DNA of 64,000 bases, from assembly GCA_013239625.1 (NCBI GenBank), contig MU054323.1, positions 19,675,082 through 19,739,081 of the forward strand, in the 5' to 3' direction. The notes below the pieces were generated by a model. The model saw only the letters and a list, made by a program, of their open reading frames with translations. It was not told the origin of the DNA and did no database searches. Below are positions 1 to 11,545 of this stretch, one piece after another (position 1 is the stretch's first letter; each line of letters starts with the position of its first letter). The position numbers were made by a program, and so were the translations under genes. Source of the stretch: Lama guanicoe. Lineage: Eukaryota.

Positions 1-370
1 GAAAATTACAGAAGGAAAGGACATTGACTCAATCTGTAGAGGAAAATTTTTGACTTTCAGAGTTGATCAAAATTGAAATGGGCTGCCTTGGAAAGGAGAA
101 TTACAAAAACCTGGAGGTTTTGCATAATATGTATGACCCTCAGTGAGGCTGCTGCTGGCATATGCAAGCGTCAGACACTGGGCTCCAGGGCACAGGAACC
201 ATGTCCATTCTGTTCACTCCTATTTACCCAAAGCCCAAAGCAGCGCCTGGCACACAACAGTCATTACTAAGTAAGTCATTACTAAGTAATGAATGAATGA
301 ATGAATGATCCAGACAAGAAAATGGATAAAGTCACCTCTAGCATAGCTTCTGATTCTAAGATTCAGTGAT
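1..370. mobile_element. L3/CR1 LINE 3' fragment interrupted by an L2 3' end
   Basis: CR1-like 'aaattgaaatgggctgccttgg...cctggagg'; L2 tail 'cctggcacac...aatgaatgaatgaatga' at about 245-308. Confidence 0.55.
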
Positions 371-872
371 TCTCACATGCCCATTCCTCTGCTCTTGGCC
401 CTTACTCCATTCTGAGCTCCAGGATTACCACAGACCACGAGACTGAGGCTGGCACTGAGAAGCAGGGGCAGGGTAAGGAACGGTTGGAAGAGTAATACAG
501 AAGCTCCAAGAACGAGAGCCAGCTCTGCGGAGAGCTTCCAAGCGTCTTCCTGTCACAGAAATTCCACTTGGCCGCAGTAATTGCCCTGGCCTTGGGCCTG
601 GAGGGAGGCGGTGGCTGGCCTGCCCACGGCAGGGACTTCCAGCTTGTCTTGTCTGTGCTGCTTTACAAGGGTGGAGAAGCAAGACCGTGAGTAGGTCACC
701 ACGTCAGTCAGGTCCAGAAACCAAGCTTCTCCACATGCTGGGTTCTGGGACACATTGAAAGAAGGAGATGAGGTCCCTGGCTCCAGGGATTCCTTAGATC
801 ACAGAGGGACAGGGTCCCTGTACTTGGGACCCTTCAGTCTGATGGAGAGACACAGCCAGCCCTCTTGGAGCC

Positions 873-1236
873 TGCTATGGACTGAATACTTGTGTGTCCC
901 CTCAAATTTCATATGTTGAATCCTAACCCCCAATGTGGTGGTGTTGGGAGGTAGGGTCTCTGGGAGATAATTAGGTCATGAGAGTGGAGCCCTTACGAAT
1001 GGGATTAGTGCCCTTATAAGAGACTCCAGAGAGCTCCCTCACCCCTTCCACCACGTGAGGACACAGCAGGAAAACAGCCATCTATGAACCAGGAAGCGGG
1101 TTCCCACCAGATACCACCAAGAACTGCTGGCATCTTGATCTGGGACTTCCAGAACAGTGAGAAAATTAATTTCTGTTGTTTATAAGAAACCTGGTCTCTG
1201 GTACTTTTTGAATAGCAGCCCAAGCAGACTAAGACA
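873..1236 (+). mobile_element. MaLR solo LTR (MLT1A-like)
   Basis: Starts 'tgctatggactgaat', contains 'gggattagtgcccttataagag', ends 'agactaagaca'; near-perfect 5-bp TSD gagcc/gagtc. Confidence 0.9.
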
Positions 1237-2157
1237 GAGTCTTGAGAATGAATGCCACACACAGTCCCTCTCTTCACAAAGATCAAATCTAACGGAGGAC
1301 ACTAGGTCCTTGCCCTCAGAGAGCCCCAGTCAGAGCCTGCTGTTATCTCTAGCCCTCCCACCACCCATGCAAGACCAGGGAGGAGGAAATGATAGGCCCA
1401 GGGGCATGCCTGTTTCTGGGATGGAGACTAAGCACTGCCACCAACAGACTCCCAGGGGGCATTCCCACAGCCCTGCCATCAGGGTCAGGGCTGCCCTCCC
1501 TCCCTTCCTCCCCACCATGATGCCTGACCCCTTGGAATCATTCCTGAGCCCTGAGCCTGTTTCAAACACAGAAATGTTGGCCCCTGGGTCACATCCTGCT
1601 TTCCCTCTCTCTGTTCTTGTTCTTTTTTCCACTCTGTCCCCACCCACCCCCATTTCCCAAGCTAACCCCTGGGAGACCAGACCCCACAGCCCACTGGTGA
1701 TCTTGTTTTACATGAGACATTTCCAAAAAAGACCAAAAAGTCCTTTCCAGGAAAATGCCATTTTAAAAATTCAGCTCCAGACATTGCGGCAACATTAGGA
1801 AAACAAAGGACTTGGCAGAAACGATTTCTGAATCAGAACTTTCTCAAATACCTTTTCCAAATTGCCTCCAGTGGGAATGACTCCACATATCAGCTCTGGA
1901 GCACCCAGGCAATTTCAGACAGACGGTGACTTCTTTGGGGTTTTTACATCTTCCCAAACCTTTCTCAGCTGGGATCACCCTGGGATCTTCCCCCAGGCTC
2001 AAAGAGAGAGCCCCTCCCAAGGGCCACCACAGGAAGCACCTGTCCCTGGAGGGTCAGGAAATGTGGCTGCTTCCTCCCTTCAGAGGAGATTGCTCCGTTC
2101 CCTCTTCCCATCATCACTAAGCTGGGGGTCCAGGCTGAGGGTCTGGGCAGGGCTCAG

Positions 2158-2194
2158 TAAGAGTCTCATGCTCTACCGACTGAGCTAGCCGGGC
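2158..2194 (-). pseudogene. 5'-half tRNA-Lys(CTT) tailless retropseudogene
   Basis: Reverse complement GCCCGGCTAGCTCAGTCGGTAGAGCATGAGACTCTTA matches the first 37 nt of mammalian tRNA-Lys(CTT); direct repeat AGGGCTCAGTAAGA at 2149-2162 and 2199-2212. Confidence 0.93.
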
Positions 2195-2319
2195 ATCTAG
2201 GGCTCAGTAAGAAGCTGTCTTCTATCATCCAAGTAAAAGGAACATACAGTTTCCCCTGCATACATGGTGGTGTTACTCCTTTTGCATGTATCAGATATAA
2301 TCATGTTGATGTCATATAT

Positions 2320-2950
2320 ATAAATGGCTGTTGTTTATTAAGGATTTGCCATGTGTCCACCAAAAACCTATTCTTTATATCTGTTGTACGTAATCCTTAT
2401 AACAATTGTCATGGGCTGAATCGTGCTCCTCCCCAATTCATACGCTGAAGTCCTAAATCCCAGCACTTCAGAATGTAACTCTATTGAGGAAAGGGTTTTT
2501 AAAGAGGTGATTAAGTTAAAGTGAGGTCTTCAGGGTGGGTCCTAATCCTCTATGACTGGTACCCTTATAAAAAGAGCAGATGTAGACACAGGTAGGTGTG
2601 TTCACAAAGAAAAGACCTTATGAGGACACAGTGAGAAGTTAACCATCTACCAATGAGAGAGGCCTTAGAAGAAACTAGAGACCTTGCTGACATCCTGACC
2701 TTGGACTTCCAGCCTCCAGAACGGTGAGAAAATTCATTTCTGTTTTTTAAGCCGCCTAGTCAGTGGCATTTTGTTATAGCAGCTGGAGCAAACTAATACA
2801 ACAATCCATAACATTAGTATGTCTATCATCACCATCTTACAGAGGGCAAGACAGTCTCAAGATGTCATGAAACCTGCCCAGTGTGAATGATAAAGCTGAA
2901 ATTTGAGAGTCAATGGTCTGGATCCAGAATACAAACTCTTAAACACTGTG
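2320..2950 (-). mobile_element. MIR SINE split by the MLT1B LTR
   Basis: 'tttattaaggatttgccatgtgtcc...taatccttataacaat' resumes after the LTR as 'ccataac...catcttacagaggg...cttaaacactgtg'. Confidence 0.6.
2407..2800 (+). mobile_element. MaLR solo LTR (MLT1B-like)
   Basis: 'tgtcatgggctgaat...aactaataca' with perfect 5-bp TSD ACAAT (2402-2406, 2801-2805). Confidence 0.9.
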
Positions 2951-2984
2951 TCAAACAGCTTCCCTCCCGTGCTCCACTATGTGT

Positions 2985-3895
2985 GTGTGGCCTATTTATT
3001 GCTGCGTAACAAGCGAGCCCACAACTCAATGATTTAAAACAGCAACACTGATTTGCTCAATCAACAATAATTGTAGGCCTAGGTGGGGGCAGCGCATCCC
3101 TGCTCCACTTGGTGTCAGCTGGCATGACTCCAAGGCTAGACCAAATCACCTGAGGTCTAGTTCACTCACTTGTTTGGTGACTGACATCAGCTGTCAGATA
3201 GGACCTTAGCTGGGGCTGTTGGTCCAGACACTTCATGTGGCCTCTCCATGTGGCCTGAGTTTCCTCCTAACATGGCAACTGGCTCCAAGGGTGAGCATCC
3301 TGAGAGACAGAGACAGACAGAAACTGTATCATCTTTCCTAACCCAGCCTTGGAAGATACATAGCATCACTTTCACCATATTCTCTTCATTAGAAGCCAAT
3401 CACTAAAGCCAGCCCATGTTCAAGGGAAGAGAAATGCTACCTTGTTTTTTTAAATTGAAGTATAGTCAATTTACAATATTGTGTTAGTTTCTGGTGTACA
3501 GCATAGTGATTAAGTTATATATATATATATATATACATATATAACTGCACACACACACATATATATATACACACACACATATATATATATTCCTTTTCAT
3601 ATTCTCTTTCATTATAAGTTATTACAAGATATTGAATATAGTTCCCTGTGCTATACAGTAGGACCTTGTTATTTATCTATTTTATATACAGTGGTGTATA
3701 GCTGCAAATCTCAAACTCCCAATTTATCCTTCCATCCTCCCCTTTCCCCTCTGGTAACCATAAGTTAGTTTTCTATGTCTGTGAGTCTGTTTCCATTTTG
3801 TAAATAAGTTCATTTGTGTCATTCAGTACAATGCTACCTTTTGATGGGAGGAGTGTCAAAGAATGAACTTGTAGACATGTTTTAAAACGCTGTAA
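2985..3895 (-). mobile_element. Older MaLR LTR (MLT1F/H-like) interrupted by L1
   Basis: 'tttattgctgcgtaacaa...ggcctctccatgtggcctg...catcactttcaccatattct' continuing after the L1 as 'ttgatgggaggagtg'. Confidence 0.75.
3444..3829 (-). mobile_element. 5'-truncated L1 3' end (cetartiodactyl/camelid type) with internal (TA)n/(CA)n
   Basis: Poly-T then 'aaattgaagtatagtcaatttacaat...gttccctgtgctatacagtagg'; TSD AATGCTACCTT at 3433-3443 and 3830-3840. Confidence 0.9.
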
Positions 3896-4179
3896 ACACA
3901 TGCCCTTGACATGGGTGTCCATGTTTTATGCAAGTGTTTGTTTACCAGCAGCACCATATTGCTGAAAGAGCATGGCACTGGGGATCCAAAGCCCTGAGCC
4001 AGAGCCTTACAGCTATAAGGGGCCAGGATTCTACAACCCATGTACAGAAAGAACAGGACCTGCTTTGGGTTCAGCCAGTCCTCTGGATGGGACTGAGGTC
4101 ACTTAATTCCATTCCAGCCTCTAAAACAAACACTGATCTCCATCAAAAGGACTTTGAAGATGCTGCTGCTTCTGATGCT

Positions 4180-4385
4180 CCTTGGTGCCAGGAAGTGCTC
4201 AGTACTGCATGGCTTGCTGGCACTTTGTTTATTTCACTTAATTATCCTATTAACCCTACAAAGAAGGTAATATTATACTTTTATAGATGAAGAAACAAGC
4301 TCAGAGGAGGTAAGTAACTTGCCCTAAAATTAGTAAAGGACAGAACCAGAACTGTAGGCTGTGCCCTGACCAGCTCCATTTCCTC
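4180..4385 (-). mobile_element. MIR SINE
   Basis: Core 'ttttatagatgaagaaacaagctcagaggaggtaagtaacttgccc'. Confidence 0.8.
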
Positions 4386-4719
4386 CAGGGCCTGGTGTCC
4401 TGCTCCTGGCCCCTTGCCCAGCATCCAGGGCCTGCTCCCTGTTGACAGTTTCTGCATGGTTGAACTGCCTGCCAGGACATCTGATGGCTTCTGGATTGTC
4501 CCTCTCTCTGCTCCCCTCACCTTTCAGGGCCTCACCATGCTTCCTGTTGGAACTTACCTCTGCCCTCTTTGTGAACTACTTGCCAGACTCCTACCTAGAA
4601 ATGGCCACGGCACTGTGTTCACCCTCCCAATCTATGTCCCCGCCCTTGATATCTGTCCCTGCCCATTCTGCTAGCTGAACAGTGCTGGGACATGGCTAAG
4701 AGAGCAAGATCAAGCAAGA

Positions 4720-4930
4720 GAGCATCATGAATGAAAAAAAAGAAGAGGTCCTGGAGTCGGACCAATCTAGATCCAAATCCTGACTCCACTGTCTGGTACT
4801 CATATGCAAAAACAAGGAGGTCTATGCTGCCTTGCTGTGAGGGTCCTTGATGAGTTAATACATGTACAGGGCTTGGCCCTGTGCCTAGCACATAGTAAAT
4901 GCTTAATAAGTATTACTTATCTTCACTGTT
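4720..4930 (+). mobile_element. MIR SINE
   Basis: 'ctggagtcggac...caaatcctgactccact...gtgcctagcacatagtaaatgcttaataa'. Confidence 0.75.
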
Positions 4931-6016
4931 GTCATTATCAGTACTATTTGTAAAATATCCACTAGAGAGCCTAGCATATGGTAGGCATTCAAAAAATGAT
5001 AGCTGTTAATCTCATTGTTTAAGTCCTGGAAAAGCTACAGGAATTCAGTGAAGGGCCAGATAACAAGGTAGCGAAGACAGAAAACAGGCTGCCCAAAGAA
5101 CTGTGCAGACCTGCAGATCTCTGCCGAATCCTAAAGCTTGGGTATGGCTGGCCTCGATGAAGTGGAAACGCCTCCCTACATAACTCCCATTTTCATCTGC
5201 CTCAGTTAGGAGATGACAAGAACTTCCTGAGCTTGGAAGCCCCAGAGAAAAGGAATTTCAAGAAAGAAAATCGGAAACACCTTCTACGTTCCTGCCCCGC
5301 ATCCCCTACTGTGGCCACCAAATCCTGCTCTGCTTGTCCAGTTGTCCTACTGATCCGTGGTGTCATGGGCTTCATCTGAAGCTGTAAGTTCTCAGAAAGC
5401 TGGCGAATGTGGTCAGAATATGCATCAGTCTCCCAACCTCAAACCCACTCCCAGCGGAGCTGTTAACAGGAACAGCAGGCAGGTGGACAGCAAGCAAGCA
5501 TCAGGTTCATAACAGATAAGACATCACACACACATACCCCTTTGCATTTGGGAGCTGCAGTACTGGTGATGTCCTCTTCCATCATATTTTTCCTGTGCTG
5601 CTTTCCCAGGATCTTCTCACAAGATCCACCAAGGCTCCAGCTCCTGAGCCAATGCTGGCCAAGCTGGAAGGGGGAGGAGGGGTGGAGTCGAAAATTTGAA
5701 TAGACTCAGTGGCTTGGAATAATGTCACCAGCTCGGTTACAAATGCTTGACCCCTGTGTTCTTCCTGATTTTCCTTCAAGATAGATGATCAGTGAGGTAA
5801 CAAATATTTCCCCCAGACCACTCTCATTTCCCTCTTCCAATCAGACATGGATCTGGTGCCCTCTGGAATGACCCCAAAGGGCCCCCATTACTGCTCATGT
5901 TGCCTCTGAGCCCAAAACCTCCCTTCTCTGCTCTAGGCTTTGCCTACTCTAGTACACTAGACTACTTCTTCCTTGACTACTACTCCCTAATTTTGCCTAG
6001 AATCTAGTTCTCTTTT

Positions 6017-6480
6017 GTATCAGTCAGTGATTGCTGTGATAACACTATGTAATAAACAATCCTAAAAATCTTACTTGCTTGTAAAATCAGTTATTTTTCT
6101 CACTTACAGTCCATGGATAGGGTGGAGTGACTGATTCAGGCTATGGATTATGTATAGATCAGCTCCATATGTCACTCATTCTGGGACCACCAGGTTCCTG
6201 GGTTAGGGTTCTCTCGTTATGAATAGAAGCAGCACAAGAAAAGACTAGTGGTAACTTCCCATGACTCTAAAGACCTTAACTCAGAACTGGCTACTATTGA
6301 ATCCACATATATACATTGGCCAAGACAAGTGAACGGGCCAAGCCCAAAGTCAAAGGATGGGAACATATCTCCACTTATTCTAGTAGGGTGTATGCAAGAC
6401 ATATGGCAAAGGGCATGGACAGATAATTCTATTACAAGGACAGAGTGAAGAATTGAGAATAATAATACAATCTCCAGCAC
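6017..6480 (-). mobile_element. Old MaLR LTR (MLT1I/J-like)
   Basis: 'tgtatcagtcagtgattgctgtgataac...cattggccaagacaagt...gcccaaagtcaaagg'. Confidence 0.65.
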
Positions 6481-7139
6481 TGCTTAAACCAGGACCCTGT
6501 TACAAGCTCACCTGAGTGAATTTCTAGCTTCCACTTGCCTGCCAGACCCACTCACTCCTAACCCCAGCTCAGGCTTAGGGGCTGGCCCTGCGTGGACAGA
6601 GCTTTCACATGGAGACCCCTGCCCACTTGACTGCCAGCCATCAGCTGTCACCTGCAGCTCATGCTGTGACTTACCACCGGATTGTTCTTCCTGAATTCTT
6701 AGAGAGGCCCACCAGCCTAAGTAGGTCCTCGGTCGCTAGTATATCCTGGCTTCAGAAGGATCTAGGACCAAGAATTGGGAAACTTGAAGTGGGAAACCAA
6801 GGCAAGCTCTCCCACTGTCTCACACTCCCTTGCTATATGGTTCCTCTCTTTGCTTTCTCTGCACATCTGCACATCATTTTTCTCTCTGGGAACCAGCTTT
6901 CTTTGCTCCTCCACTGACATGGTAGAACAGGGCCTGCTCTAGAAGTGGGGGCTATAGAAACCCCACTTCCAGCACCATCACCTAGCTAAAAAGGATGCCA
7001 GCATCCCAACTCCAAATTCCCAGGGAAAGACCCCAGTCAGTCATGGCTGGGATCACATAGCACAAACACTCCCTCCAGATGGAGGAAAAGAGTGGTCTGG
7101 GCTGCCAGACAGAAAAAAACAAAAAACAAAACAAAAAGT

Positions 7140-9586
7140 CCTCTAGGCCGACTCTGGTCAGAAGATGTGTTTAGTTTGGCCCATGGGCTTTGAAAATGTT
7201 TTGAATTACTTGACAAAATTTAGAAATTGAGAGTTCACCTGCAAATCCAGATTTTCTTCTTAAAAAGTAAAAGATCTCAACTGGAAGGGAATGTGAGGGT
7301 GCCTTGCGGGACCTGATTCTTGGGTTCTGTTTCTTGATCTAGCTGCCAGTTATACTACCCTGTTTCATTTGTGAAAAATTCACCAGGCTGTACCTTTAAA
7401 ATATACCCACTTTCTCCATATGTATATTACACTTTTCTTGTTTTAAAACTGTCGAAGACCTGTCAACACTGGAGCCACATTCCAGCAAGGGACCAGCCAA
7501 CTGGAGTTGAGTGGTTTTCCGTGTTGCCATACTCCCTGCTACTCCCCATTCTCCTCCCGTCACTGAGGCAGAGGGTCAGTAGTCATTTATCATCATTTTG
7601 GACAATGTTTTTCTTCTAATAGAGTTAAGAAGAAAGTAACCTTTTATCTTTTATATCCATAACTCTATCAAAAGGGGGGAAACAGAGCACTAGAGAGGAC
7701 TGTGTGTGTGTTTGCAGAAAAATTGAAAATACCTTTTTTTCTTTTTGCAGAAGTTGAAAAACATTCTCCCACATTTGACATACAAATAAAATGCTTCAGT
7801 ATCAAAAGAATTCAAGCAAACAGGCTGCGACTAGTATGTTGGAACTTAATTATCTAAAAATGAAGGACTGACGTTTCAACACAATTTTTTTCCAATGCAA
7901 ATAAAACAAGTGATGCAACCACGAAATGAAGTTGTGGAGTAAAGTAGGTGAGCACACTGCTCGGGCATTGAAACCTTTTATGAGTGGTGAGTTTGTAAAA
8001 GAGCATCGACTGAGGACAGAGGCAAGAAAATCATGCTTTGAACAAAAACAAGTACTCGCAAATGGAAGACTAAACAGAAAGGCCATTGCTCAGCAAGATG
8101 ACGACACGGCTGAGAACTTACAGGACAGGTTGTGTGAAAAAGTTCAGTCATTTGTGGCATTTCCTAGGGAAGCTTATGAGAGCCCAGTTAAAATAATACT
8201 ACCCAGTCAGCTATATTTATTTATGGTTCCAAAGAGACTCCAATGTGATTGGAGAACTTTTGAGCATGGTGTCCATCACAGGCACAACTGCAGGAAATGG
8301 CTTAGCTTTGTGTGTTGAGAAGCCTTGAAGAATTTAAAGCAGACAGGTCAAAATTAGTAAGCCTGGCTAAGAAACAGAGCTCCTGAGGTGGTCAGCATTA
8401 ACAATGACCTTGTTTACCGAACTTAAATCCAAAGTGCCAAATTTTGCGTGATTGTGGAAACCAAATAATTCACCAGGAGTTGCCTGGTGCTAATAAGTTA
8501 AAATAGAACATGTCATGTGCCTTCTGGATTGGATTCTCTCCACGGCTGAAAGTATAGAGATTTCGATGTTTTGCCTTGTGTGTTGGATACACAATAGTAA
8601 CAGCATTCATCTGTTCTAATAAATTCAGGATAGTTGGTGTATAAAGTTGGAGTCTTATTTGCAGATCAGAGGAACAGTCGAAAAACTATTAACTTGCATA
8701 TATCATCCAGCAAAAAATGCTTCCCCAACTCACCAGCCAATATTCAAGTATTGAACTTTTCAATATATATGGGCATTCTTCTCTGCAAGAAACTTCACAA
8801 GCATGTAAATGGGCTATTGAATTTGCTCATTCTCAGTGAAATTATATCTTCAGAAAACTCATTTGACAAAGACTAATCTGACCCACTTTCCTATGTTGAA
8901 ATCAATTTTCAGAAATGAAAGAGATTGCTTTAACGGCTCTCCCTAAATTGTGGGATTGAAGACAGGATTCCTTAAAAGGTTCTAATTTTGTAAAAATAAA
9001 CTACTATTCTTCAACTCACCTTTTTTAATTAATAGTGTGCCATAAATGGAATTTTTGAACCACAATTTAGTCCCCCAAATTAAATATTGCAATATTAGAA
9101 TCCCAGAATTCTACAGATATCACAGGAGTAGTCACCCTAAGTATAAACGCCATCATACAAAGATTCTATCCACGTTCAGCCATGAACAGCTGTTTTCCAT
9201 TATGAAACTAAATAAAACTATTGCTCTTAGTTAAAGGATTCAAGGCTGAATTCTATGCAGCACATCACAACATGAAATGCAAGACCCAACATTGACATGT
9301 TGGGGCAAAAGAAAAAGTGTCACATTTCTGGTTATAAAGCAAAAAAGTAATGCGTTATGAAAGAAAAAAATTAATAATTAAATATTCCTGGTTTTCGCAA
9401 ATGTTATGTTTTCCAATTTTGAACTTAGTATATAATCTCCAATATCTTACGTGTTTGTACTACGTTATGTGCTTATGCCACGGTCAAGTAAAAATGAAAG
9501 AAACTTTAATTACATTTCTGGCAGCACACTTGATTCATTTTTGTTGCATTTCTGGATTCTGTAGGAATTTGAGTTTGCAACCTCTG
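7140..9586 (+). mobile_element. Near full-length hAT-Charlie DNA transposon fossil (Chap1/MER102-like) with decayed transposase
   Basis: MER102-like 5' region 'agatgtgtttagtttggccc'; right terminus 'gagtttgcaacctctg'; peptide remnants KPFMSGEFVKE and AENLQDRLCEKVQSFVAF (7926-8318) and EQLFSIMKLNKT (9046-9234) resemble Charlie/SPIN/GTF2IRD2-type transposases; many stops and frameshifts. Confidence 0.85.
7280..7448 (+). mobile_element. Old L1M 3' end inserted in the Charlie element
   Basis: 'gttctgtttcttgatctag...tttgtgaaaaattcaccaggctgtac...tatgtatattacac'. Confidence 0.7.
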
Positions 9587-11413
9587 GTATACACTACTTT
9601 TTTTTCTATACTTTCACCATTGAGCAAGTGAACGTGTATTATTTGTCAATGAGATATTTTATTATAATAAATTCTATGACCAGTATAATGAACTAGTAAT
9701 GTTAGGATAAAATGTCTCATTGAAAAACAAAATATGCTCACTTGTTCAACGATAAAAACACAGAGAATCCAGAATAGGAAAAAAAAATTCCACTCATCTT
9801 ACCATCTTGAGAGTGCTTACAAAAACAAAAACAAAAACAATGCATTTATAGGAAATATAGGTATGTAAAATGTATTTTCAATTAAAAATGGAATAATACC
9901 ACACATAAAATTTATAGTCGTCCATATTGCTAAGTGTTCTATAAGATTTTAATAGCTACATATTATTTGATAATATATTTGCAATACAACTATCTTAACT
10001 CATTTGCTATTTTTGCATATTTAAGTTATTTCCCATATTTAAAGTGTTGGCCTTGATAACTGTTCTGGCTCCACCCTTTTCTTAACCATAGCCAGATTTT
10101 TATTCCTAATATCTTATACTCAGTACTGGACTTTCCATTTGTAGTTTCCAGTAAAGGCTGGAATTGGTTCAAGTTAGAATGTGGTAATCCTCTGAGGGAA
10201 CTAAAAGAACAGCTCAAACTTGTGAGCCCTGCTTGAGGCCAACAAACTTTGTCACGTCCATTGACCCTGAGCTGCATTTTTCTGGAACCATCATTATTAT
10301 CAGCATTGCTCAGAGGGTGACGGGTTTGTTTCATTTGCCTCTATAGGCCTTCTTCAAGAAAGCCAGAGCTATCCCACAAAGATAAAAATCCAAACTTTCC
10401 AAGTCAAGGATGCCTAAATATGGTTAGAGAGAGCACCTCTCTGAGGTTAGGACCAACGCTGGCTGCCACCCAGCCAGCCCAGATTCCACTGCTGTTGTCA
10501 CCTTGCACCTGTGCCACCTGACGACCCCTGCCCCTGACCCCACCACTATTTGTATTCATCACATATGTCTAAATCTCAGAACTCTTAACTACTAGAAGAG
10601 TTATAGGAGTAAATAGGATGCCTCCAATCTGCTGGAGGAGGCAGTCTTGTCAATAAGGAAGATCTATTTAATTCAGAAATCTTTATTCACCTCCTTGGGG
10701 ATCCCCCAGTTTGACAAGGAGGTGACTAAACCATCAGGAAGCCTTTGGCTTGATGAAAGAACACAGTTTGCTGCTCTGATCAAAGGCTCCCAGAAAATGT
10801 GCTGATGGCATCAAGTGGGCAGTGAAAATAATCAGGAACTTGCCAAGTTGGGGAAAAGACCTTCAGACCAACTGCTTAGGCTGGCGCTCCAGGACTGCAG
10901 AGTAGAGCGAGTGAAGAAAAAATGTATCTTATTGCAGCAGGACAAAGGGCATCATGACAAAGGACCAGTGCGAAAATCTATAGAATAATTATCTTTAAAA
11001 GAAATGATAAAGATCTAAGTTGAACAGCATAGAAGAAAGTTTTTAAGTGAAAGAGTCAAGATATTACGACTAAAGATTGTAGATGAGCACACGCGTTCAC
11101 CTTCTCTCCTTTATGAGGCCCCCATTAAAATTAATTTTTAAGGTGTTCACTCTTAATAAGGAAGAAAATGGGAAGGTGTTCTTCACAAAGGAAGAATTTC
11201 AGCCCATTTTTAGGAAACTTAAAGTCAGTGGAAGATAATTCACTGATGAAGCAAAGTAGGTGGCAGAGTAGGAGTCCTGACCTCCCAGAACCTTCTTGGC
11301 CATACCCTGGAGAAAGCTGTGACTTGGAGACAGAAGACAAGCTGGGTGATGAGAGTGAGAAGTAAGCGATTAATTCAAAATCTGCATACAGAATGCAAAA
11401 TGGGGGAGAGGAG

Positions 11414-11545
11414 AGGAGGGTATAGCTCAAGTGATAGAGCATATGCTTAGCATACACAAGGTCCTGGGTTCAATCCCCAGTACCTCCTCTAAAAATAAAT
11501 AAGTAAACCTAATTACCTCCCACCCCCAACAAATAAATAAATAAA
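11414..11545 (+). mobile_element. Camelid tRNA-derived SINE (Vic-1-like), long form
   Basis: 'gggtatagctcaagtgatagagc...ggtcctgggttcaatccccagtacctcc' (A and B boxes), 'aacctaattacctccc', A-rich tail. Confidence 0.88.

Noticed and set aside
1157..1798. 213-aa ORF
   Set aside because: Begins at a GTG inside an MLT1A LTR; low-complexity product with no recognisable domain.
2158..2194. Functional tRNA-Lys gene
   Set aside because: Only the 5' half is present; no T-arm/B box or 3' acceptor strand.
7926..9234. Domesticated transposase gene
   Set aside because: Homology is spread over several frames with stops and frameshifts.
11414..11490. tRNA gene-like sequences (also at 23685, 39098 and others)
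   Set aside because: They are SINE heads with A-rich tails and, in several copies, TSDs.
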